Of a DNA stretch of 47,674 bases, positions 35,331 to 43,090 are shown piece after piece. The notes under the pieces were generated by a model, which did no database searches, was not told the origin of the DNA, and saw nothing but the letters and a program-made list of their open reading frames with translations. How positions within the stretch are numbered: position 1 is the stretch's first letter; each line of letters opens with the position of its first letter. Both the position numbers and the translations under genes were made by a program. The stretch comes from Acidobacteriota bacterium (GTDB lineage Bacteria > Acidobacteriota > UBA6911 > RPQK01 > JAJDTT01): contig JAKZYH010000040.1 of assembly GCA_047514575.1 (NCBI GenBank), forward strand, positions 1-47,674, in the 5' to 3' direction.

Positions 35331-37080
35331 ATGACTTCGAAGAGTTGGCACATGTCCAGTGGCTCGAATCTCGCCTACGGCATCATGTGCAGTGGGACGC
35401 GATTCCCTCTCTGGCAAGCAGAGGTGATTAGGCAGTTGGGCCGGGTGGGTGCACATCCCCAACTACTGCTTCTAGATGGAAGGGTGGAGGATAAGCGGCT
35501 GGACTGGTTCCGGAGGATCCGTAGCGCGTCTTCGCACCAACTGTTCTTTCGCACATACCGCAAATTGTTCGTCCACCCTCGTTCCCACCGCACTGTCGAC
35601 CTTTCGCAGGCGCTTCGCGACGTAGAGCACCTCCGCTGTACCCCCGTGCGAAAGGGGAAGTATTCCGAGTACTTCAGGGACGAAGATCTGGAAAAGATCC
35701 GTGCCTTTCGGCTGGACTTCTTGCTCCGTTTCGCTTTCGGCATCATCCGTGGCGGAATCCTTGAGGCGGCTCAGCACGGTGTCTGGTCATTCCACCATGA
35801 TGACGAAACCAAGTACCGGGGGGTCTCCACCCTGTTTCTGGGAGATCTACAGCCGAGATCCCGTGAGCGGAGTGCTGTTCCAGAGGTTAACGGAGCGCCT
35901 GGACGGTGGCGTGGTCCTACGCAGGGGCCACTTTCAGACCGAATCATCCTATGAGAAGAACATCGACAGAGTCTATTTGCCCGCGACCGTGTTTCCGGCT
36001 CAGGTCTGTAAGGACCTCCTCAACGGCAAACTGGACCGCCTGACACAAGAACCGTCAAAGACTGAAGCCAAGATCTACCGAGTTCCCAGCCAGCGACAGA
36101 TGGTGACCTTTCTGGGCCGGTCGCTAGCTGCACGTCTCAAGTCCAGACTAGACTGGGCTAGGAGTCAGGAGCACTGGGCGGTCGGGGTCGTGCCCTCCCC
36201 CATAAACCAACTCAAGACCGGAATGGCCGATGTACAGTGGTTGCAGTTCCCACTCGAAGGGAACCTGGCGGATCCCTTCGGAGTCAACATAGACGGTCGC
36301 TTACATGTTCTATGCGAGTACATGCCACCTGCTTCGCGTGTCGGGACCATCGCCTGGCTCGTCCTCGAAGCAGATCGTATTGTGGAATGGGGCCTGGACG
36401 TTCTCGGCGAATCGGCACACGCATCGTACCCTTACCTGTTCCGGGCGGATGGGGAGTACTGGTGTGTACCGGAAACGAAACAATTACGTCAGGTAACGCT
36501 CTACCGGGCCATCGACATCACACAGGGACGTTGGGAGAGGGAGGCAGTGATATTGAAGGATTATGCTGGCGGAGATCCGACGCTCCGGTTTCACGAAGGC
36601 CGATGGTGGATGTGGAGTCAGAACGGTGAAGAGGCGGATGGACGAGCCAATGTCTATCTGCACTACGCCAAATCTCTCACGGGCCCCTGGCACCCACATG
36701 CCCTGAACCCAGTGAAACTGGATGTGCGTTCCGCCCGCCCGGGTGGCTCCCCCTTTATGGTTGGAAATTCTCTTTTTCGTCCAGCCCAGGATTGCAGTCG
36801 AGCGTATGGGTCTAGGATATCTCTCCAGCACGTGATCCGAATGAACCCCCAGGAGTATGAGGAGCTCGAAGTTGATTCGGTGGAACCAGCCTCGACCTGG
36901 CCATTCCGTGCTGGTCTCCACACTATTTCAGCGGTAGGTGACCGAACACTCGTTGACGCCAAGACAATTCGCCCAGCGAGCCTGGCTACATGGCAACGGC
37001 GCCTCAGCAAGCTGACCGGCTGGGTTCCATCTGAGGCGCAGGCTCGCGGCAAGCAGTGCTCCACTACTAGTGGTACTTGA
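35331..37080 (+). pseudogene. frame-broken formyltransferase-like protein fused to an uncharacterised C-terminal domain, split at a G6 tract
   Basis: ORFs 35331-35954 and 35701-37080 overlap by 254 nt in frames 0 and +1. Frame 0 ends its meaningful part at ..VWSFHHDDETKYRG, and the +1 frame continues ..SPPCFWEIYSRDPVSGVLFQRLTERLDGGVVL. Removing one G from 35818-35823 would yield about 582 aa. Confidence 0.7.
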
Positions 37081-37330
37081 CACGATTCTCGATGACGGTG
37101 AATGTCTGTCCCTCTATGGGATCATCCTGCTGTGGAATCGGCTACCGGGGATCTGCCTCTTCTGGCCTTGCCCCGAGAGGCGGTAGAATGGACGACGCTG
37201 TGGACTCATGTACTATCGACTCAAGAATAATCCCAACGAAGATTGGAGCCTTATGCGACTCACCGCTTGGGCTCGGCACTTCAGAGTCAGCGCCTAGTAC
37301 TAGGGCTTGACGATCCCGGTTCACTCCAGA

Positions 37331-38473
37331 ATGGATAGCCTATTGGAATACATCTTCGTCGGAGCCTTCGGCAAGGCGTCGAGGGATGGCGCGATCGGTG
37401 GTCAACTCACGGCATGTCGTACCCTAATCCGCAGTCCGATTTCTCGATACATCAAATGGCACACGGTAGATAGCACGATGCTGTCTGTGCCACCTCCTTC
37501 CCGGGGTGTTCGTACACTCCTTGCGGCAAGGCGAATGTTCAAGTTCATCCGGTTCGCCTTGCGTCCATCGGTCACGGGAGCTCTCATCCTAACCAGCTCG
37601 GGCGCTAGCTTTGTTGAGAAGGGAACCATGGTTTTGCTGGCACGAATCTTAAGGAAGCGTGTCGTCTTCAGTCCGCGATCCGGTCTGATTCTAGATGATC
37701 TCAAGACAAAAGCGATCATGCGCTGGTTTGCACGATTCGTACTCTCCAGATGCGACGTCATAATGTGTCAGAGTCGAAGCTGGCAGGACTTCTATCCGTC
37801 ATTTTCAGGACTACCAACTAGGAGCTTTGCGGTCATTCCAAACTGGCTGGACACTAGACCCTACCTAGAACTCACCAGGCCAGAGAGCCCATCTCACGGA
37901 AACATTCAGATTATTTATGTCGGATGGATTGAGTCTTACAAGGGGATCTTCGATCTGGTCGAAGCCGTAAGGATTTTCAAACGAGCCTTGACGGGTTGCC
38001 GCATCCATATTTGTGGCAAAGGATCTCAGTTTGCGACCATGCAGCAGAAGGTAGCCGACGCTCGTTTGGAAGACTTCTTCCAATTCCATGGATGGCTAGA
38101 TTTTCCTCAGAAACTGGATCAGCTCAGAAAGGCGGATATCTTCGTTCTGCCTTCGCATCGGGAAGGATTGCCCAACGCCCTACTCGAAGCGATGGCTGCC
38201 GGGCTGCCCGTCGTCGCTACTCGAGTGGGCGGAGTGCCGGAGATTCTTGCCGACCCTAGTGTTGGAATCCTGCTCGATCCACATGATTGCCACTCTCTAG
38301 GCAAGTCTCTCGTCGACCTGGCAAGTAAAGCCGAGCTGAGAGCGTCCTTTGGCAAACAAGCAAGAAAACACGTGAAGACAAATTACGACATAGATTGCCT
38401 TTGGCCTGTAGTGCTCGATGCCCTCTCCCCCACTAAGGGTCTGTCAGGAAATAACAGATGCACTTTGGCGTGA
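37331..38473 (+). CDS. glycosyltransferase family 4 (GT-B)
   Basis: The E-x7-E region is PSHREGLPNALLEAMAAGLPVVATRVGGVPEI. I prefer the ATG at 37331 over the TTG at 37307. Confidence 0.85.
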   Translation: MDSLLEYIFVGAFGKASRDGAIGGQLTACRTLIRSPISRYIKWHTVDSTMLSVPPPSRGVRTLLAARRMFKFIRFALRPSVTGALILTSSGASFVEKGTMVLLARILRKRVVFSPRSGLILDDLKTKAIMRWFARFVLSRCDVIMCQSRSWQDFYPSFSGLPTRSFAVIPNWLDTRPYLELTRPESPSHGNIQIIYVGWIESYKGIFDLVEAVRIFKRALTGCRIHICGKGSQFATMQQKVADARLEDFFQFHGWLDFPQKLDQLRKADIFVLPSHREGLPNALLEAMAAGLPVVATRVGGVPEILADPSVGILLDPHDCHSLGKSLVDLASKAELRASFGKQARKHVKTNYDIDCLWPVVLDALSPTKGLSGNNRCTLA

Positions 38474-38801
38474 GCGCCGTGGGGGCAGATGCGAGGCGTC
38501 GCCATCGATCATCTTCGGGTAGGATCTGATTCTAGGCGGTCTGGATGTCAGGCGCCACCTCCACCATGCTGAAAAGGGAAAGACCATCGCCCTGTTTTCC
38601 TCTCGTCTCGTCCGGCCAGGGCAGAACCCCGAGGCTCCTCAGGAAACCTTGCTTCGATCGAAAGTCGGCGCTATTGGATAAAATCGCCGAAGTCCAAACC
38701 ATGAACATGAAGGAATCGGTTCAAGAAATGAATAGCCAGCAGACCCATCTCGACGAAGTTCCTCGGCGGGAAGAGTCGAGGCGAGGCAGCAGCTGACCCT
38801 G

Positions 38802-39875
38802 ATGAATGTTCTCCACGTGGTCGGCGCCCGCCCCAACTTCATGAAAGCGGCTCCCCTGCTGCTGGCGCTTGATCGCTTCTCCCACATTCGGCAGACGCTC
38901 GTGCACACCGGTCAGCACTATGACCGCAGGCTGTCCGAGATTTTCTTTCGCGAGCTGCAGATGCCCGAACCCGACCTCAATCTGGAAGTCGGATCGGGCA
39001 CCCACGGCCATCAGACCGCGCAGGTCATGATCCGGCTGGAACCTGTTCTGATGGAGAAAAAACCGGCGTGGGTCGTCGTCTATGGAGACGTCAACTCAAC
39101 CGTGGCCTCCACCCTTGTCTGCTCCAAGCTACAGATCAAGCTGGCCCATGTCGAAGCGGGTCTCCGCTCCTTCGACCGCACCATGCCTGAAGAAATCAAC
39201 CGACTGGTGACAGACCAGCTCGCCGATCTATTGTTCACGCCCTCCGCCGATGCTGATGAAAACCTGCTGCGGGAGGGTGTCTCAGCGGAGAGAATTCGGC
39301 GGGTTGGAAACATCATGATTGACAGCCTGGTGAAACTGTTACCGCGAACCGAAGGGGTCAAATTCGTGGGCGACGGCTTCGACCTCTCCACGGCGTTCGG
39401 GCTCGTCACCCTGCATCGACCATCCAACGTTGATGTTCCCGAGTCCCTGTCGCGAATCCTGTCTGTCCTTGGTAAGCTCAGTCAAAGTGTCCCACTCATC
39501 TTCCCAATCCATCCCCGAACCCAACAGCAGATCGAGGGGCTGGATGTGTGCTTGAGCCCACAGCTAAAAATCATGGATCCGGTCGGGTACATCGAGTTCC
39601 TGGCTCTGCAGCGGAATGCTGCTTTCGTGATCACCGACTCTGGGGGGGTCCAGGAGGAGACAACCTACTTAGGAATCCCGTGTCTGACCCTGAGGGAGAA
39701 TACGGAACGGCCTGTAACCGTGCAGCAGGGCACAAACACGCTGGTAGGCAATGACCTGGTCCTGCTTGAGTCCGAAGTCGAACAAATTCTTGACGGCAAG
39801 CCAAAAAGGGGAAGGGTGCCGGCCCTCTGGGATGGAAAGACTGGGGACCGGATCGCATCCCTACTCTCAGGGTAG
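38802..39875 (+). CDS. wecB: UDP-N-acetylglucosamine 2-epimerase, non-hydrolysing (WecB/MnaA type)
   Basis: Motifs are MNVLHVVGARPNFMKAAPL, HTGQHYD, GDVNST, HVEAGLRS and EE.NR...D. Confidence 0.9.
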   Translation: MNVLHVVGARPNFMKAAPLLLALDRFSHIRQTLVHTGQHYDRRLSEIFFRELQMPEPDLNLEVGSGTHGHQTAQVMIRLEPVLMEKKPAWVVVYGDVNSTVASTLVCSKLQIKLAHVEAGLRSFDRTMPEEINRLVTDQLADLLFTPSADADENLLREGVSAERIRRVGNIMIDSLVKLLPRTEGVKFVGDGFDLSTAFGLVTLHRPSNVDVPESLSRILSVLGKLSQSVPLIFPIHPRTQQQIEGLDVCLSPQLKIMDPVGYIEFLALQRNAAFVITDSGGVQEETTYLGIPCLTLRENTERPVTVQQGTNTLVGNDLVLLESEVEQILDGKPKRGRVPALWDGKTGDRIASLLSG

Positions 39876-42035
39876 ATGATCCCATCGTTATACCGATTCC
39901 CTGACCTGCTGCGCCAACTCGGTCCCCGCTGGATCGCCTTCAGGCTAGGACATGCTTTTCGACTGAAGAGCGGGTTGATGCGGCTGCGGCTGCCTTCTCG
40001 AGATTGGTCCTCGATCCCACTCTCAGGGGTCCTACTCGACCCCGAACAGGCGGAGCCCAGCGCCTACTCGCAGTTCCGCCGAGACAACGCTCCGTCCTTC
40101 TTCTTCCGGGGGCGTCCCCCAGTTTCCACAACGCAATTCCAGCATTGGGATTCCGGTACTTCTTCATCTCCAGTAGAACGAGCTCGGGAGTTGAAAGGAG
40201 GCACTTTCTACTACTTCTCTCACACCCCTTTGGCTGTGGGATCTCCACCCGATTGGCACCACAATCCGTTAAGTGCTCACCAGGCTCCTCGAGATCGACA
40301 CTGGAGTCAATTGGGCGATTTCGGATATGGCGATATCAAAGGCATCTGGGAGATCAGCCGCTTTGGCTTCGCCTACACGCTTGTTCGTGCCTACTGGAGA
40401 ACAGGGGACGAGCACTTTGCCCAGCTCTTCTGGCTATTATTCGACGACTGGAGAGCCCAAAACCCTCCACAGCAGGGTGTCAACTGGAAGTGTGGCCAGG
40501 AGACCACGTTCCGAGTGATGGCCTGCTGCTTTGCCCTGTACGCTTTCCAGGATTGTCAGTCCACCACCCCCGAACGGATCTGCGGAATGGCCCAGTTGAT
40601 CGCCGAGTCGGCGACCAGGATCCACTCCGATCTGGACTATGCTCTCAGTCAAAATAACAATCACTCGATTAGCGAAGCCGCGGGGCTGTGGACGGCAGGA
40701 CTCCTGTTTCCCGAGTTCAAACAGTCGAAGCAGTGGCTGGAGCTGGGACACACCCTCTTGGAACGCCTTGCCGGGGAGCTGATCTACGAAGATGGGGGAT
40801 TCGCTCAGCACTCCCTGAATTATCAGCGGCTCGTAATTCAAGTCTATCTATGGGTCCTTCGGCTGGCCGACTTGAACCGGAGGGAATTCAGCCAGACAAC
40901 ACGATCCCGAGTGGCCCAGGCAGGCTCTCTGCTTTTCGATCTCCAGGACGAGGCTAGCGGGCGGGTCCCCTGTTATGGACACAACGATGGAGCGCTGGTG
41001 CTACCTCTGAACAACTGTGATTTTCAGGATTTCCGACCGATTACGCAATGCACAAGCTACTACTTCAAGGGTCATCGATGCCATGAGAACGGCCCCTGGG
41101 ATGAGGATCTCTTCTGGCTATTTGGATCGGAGGCCATCGAGGCTCCCTTAGAATCTCGACCGAGAGAAGATCTCAGTGCGTCAGCAGGGGGTTACTACAC
41201 CCTACGTTCCGAAAAAGGATTTGCCTTTGTTCGCTGTGGCTCTTTCAAGCATCGTCCAGCACACGCGGATATGCTGCATGTCGATCTCTGGTGGCAGGGT
41301 ATCAACCTCGCTCTGGACCCCGGCACCTATAGCTATAACGCGCCAGATCCCTGGTCTAACGCTCTTTCCCATACCAGGTTTCACAATACCGTCTCTGTAG
41401 ACGAGAAAGATCAGATGGAGAGGGCCGGAAGATTCCTGTGGCTGCCCTGGTTGACCAGTGTGGTTCGCTGCAACCGTCGATCTGAGCGGGGACGGCTCTC
41501 CTATTGGGAGGGAGAACACAGGGGCTACCAGCGGCTGAAGGATCCGGTCGTGCATCGTCGGGGAATCCTACGGCTGCAAGAAGATTGGTTGGTGTTCGAT
41601 GAGCTGGCGGGCAGCGCCAATCACCGCTATCAGCTGAACTGGACACTTTGCGATTGCCCCTACGAGTGGGAAGACAGAGAGTCTCTCCGGCTGATGACAA
41701 TCGGAGGAGACTACTACGTGCGCGCGACGGCGCTTGGGGCCGAGTGTACCCGCACCCTGGTGCGGGCTGCGAACGACAGCCCTCGAGGCTGGCAGTCACC
41801 TTACTACGGGCATCGAGAACCCGCCCTATCCTTGCAGGTAGCATCCGAGGGTCAGACCATGCTCTTCTGGTCCTCGCTGGGCGCCAGCATATCCGAGGTC
41901 AAGGTTGACGACACCAAGCTGACGCTGCTTGCCGACGGTTGGAAAGCTGAGGTCCACCTTCAGCGCGATCAGCAGAGTACCCTGATTCGCGAGGTCGTTT
42001 GTACGGGAAGGTTGGAAGACCAGCTCCAACTCTAG
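39876..42035 (+). CDS. heparinase II/III-family protein (alginate-lyase-like N-domain + Hepar_II_III C-domain)
   Basis: The ATG directly abuts the wecB stop (TAGATG). An N-domain segment NNHSISEAAGLW and a C-domain segment HRPAHADMLHVDLWWQG.NLALDPGTYSY are present. Confidence 0.85.
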   Translation: MIPSLYRFPDLLRQLGPRWIAFRLGHAFRLKSGLMRLRLPSRDWSSIPLSGVLLDPEQAEPSAYSQFRRDNAPSFFFRGRPPVSTTQFQHWDSGTSSSPVERARELKGGTFYYFSHTPLAVGSPPDWHHNPLSAHQAPRDRHWSQLGDFGYGDIKGIWEISRFGFAYTLVRAYWRTGDEHFAQLFWLLFDDWRAQNPPQQGVNWKCGQETTFRVMACCFALYAFQDCQSTTPERICGMAQLIAESATRIHSDLDYALSQNNNHSISEAAGLWTAGLLFPEFKQSKQWLELGHTLLERLAGELIYEDGGFAQHSLNYQRLVIQVYLWVLRLADLNRREFSQTTRSRVAQAGSLLFDLQDEASGRVPCYGHNDGALVLPLNNCDFQDFRPITQCTSYYFKGHRCHENGPWDEDLFWLFGSEAIEAPLESRPREDLSASAGGYYTLRSEKGFAFVRCGSFKHRPAHADMLHVDLWWQGINLALDPGTYSYNAPDPWSNALSHTRFHNTVSVDEKDQMERAGRFLWLPWLTSVVRCNRRSERGRLSYWEGEHRGYQRLKDPVVHRRGILRLQEDWLVFDELAGSANHRYQLNWTLCDCPYEWEDRESLRLMTIGGDYYVRATALGAECTRTLVRAANDSPRGWQSPYYGHREPALSLQVASEGQTMLFWSSLGASISEVKVDDTKLTLLADGWKAEVHLQRDQQSTLIREVVCTGRLEDQLQL

Positions 42036-42105
42036 CCAAGAATATTTGAAGTTTTGATTTCCACCGATCGGACGCGAAACACTCGGCAGAGTGGCCCTTT
42101 CTAGG

Positions 42106-42286
42106 AGGCCGCTTCAGCGGCCTGGCGCGAAGCGTATTAGCCCCGGTGTTTACGCCGGGGTCAGCCGCTTCTCCTACCTCCCCTGAGGGCCGTTTACGGT
42201 CCTTCTCGAGCGGCGGCTTTAGCCCTCGTGGACCCGGAGCCTGGCTGAAGCCTTTACCCGAGAAGCCCGCGAGCCAAAGGCTCGTG
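42106..42286. repeat. cluster of short GC-rich stem-loops in a convergent intergenic region (REP-like elements or terminators)
   Basis: Four hairpins were read directly: 42106-42123 aggccgc-ttca-gcggcct; 42141-42160 ccccggtg-ttta-cgccgggg (one G.U); 42187-42202 gggccg-ttta-cggtcc (one G.U); 42268-42286 cgcgagcc-aaa-ggctcgtg (one G.U). None is followed by a T-run. Confidence 0.5.
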
Positions 42287-42301
42287 TTCGCCAATGAAGT
42301 T

Positions 42302-43090
42302 TCAGTTGTCTCTCCGACTGGGCGGGTAGGTCAAAGAAGGTAGTCGGACCACCCTGGTCCGGTATCCAGGTGCGCCCAGAGTCAGTACTCGAAAGCCCGT
42401 CGAGACCAGGTCGAAGATCGGGACTTCTTCCTTAGGCCGAAATTGAAAGCTGGTTGCGGGTGTCGTCAGAACCTCGGCCTCACCTAATCTACCGGCGAAC
42501 TCCTGATGTACGTGTCCCGTGCAAACCAAACGAATCTGAGGTGAGCTATCAATAATCTTCACCAGGGCTGACGGCTCAGCTAGACCGATCCGATCCAACC
42601 AGGGACTCTTCACTGAAATCGGCGGATGATGCACGAAGAGAACGGTGGGGCATCGGGAATCGAGGGCCAATTCCCTTTTGAGCCATTCCAGCTGTCCTTC
42701 TTTGATCGATCCCCATACCTGGCCCGGAACATGCGAATCTAGTCCGATCAAACGCCAGCCACCCAGCTTCAGGGAAAAGTTCAGTAAGTCCTCCGACCCA
42801 TCCGTTATCTCGGAGAACGTCTGTCGGATGAAGTCGCGGTTTTCGTGGTTGCCGGGAATCACGCGCAAGCGCGTGACCCACTCGCCCAACATCTTACGGA
42901 GAAGCTGATAAGTCTGCAGCTGCTCATCCTGTGCCAGGTCGCCCGAAATCACCAGGAGATCGAACTCCTGGTTCGCCGCGATGAAGGCCAGGACCTCTCG
43001 GAGGGAGGCAGCAGTCGGGACCCCATTGAGCGTGGCCTCGGGATCACCTAACAAATGGCAATCGCTCAGCTGCAGGACTCGCACCGTCAT
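42302..43090 (-). CDS. metallophosphoesterase (CpdA-like 3',5'-cyclic-nucleotide phosphodiesterase family)
   Basis: The ORF-track entry extends to 43294 inside ppk. The canonical start MTVRVLQLSDCHL is at 43090 and overlaps the ppk stop as ATGA. Motifs are SDCH, SGDL, GNHE, HHPP and GHVH. Confidence 0.8.
   Translation of the reverse strand: MTVRVLQLSDCHLLGDPEATLNGVPTAASLREVLAFIAANQEFDLLVISGDLAQDEQLQTYQLLRKMLGEWVTRLRVIPGNHENRDFIRQTFSEITDGSEDLLNFSLKLGGWRLIGLDSHVPGQVWGSIKEGQLEWLKRELALDSRCPTVLFVHHPPISVKSPWLDRIGLAEPSALVKIIDSSPQIRLVCTGHVHQEFAGRLGEAEVLTTPATSFQFRPKEEVPIFDLVSTGFRVLTLGAPGYRTRVVRLPSLTYPPSRRDN

Noticed and set aside
38545-38796. 83-aa ORF in the 328-bp spacer between the second GT4 gene and wecB.
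   Set aside because: It has no SD and no recognisable motif, and its composition looks non-coding. The spacer more likely holds the wecB promoter.
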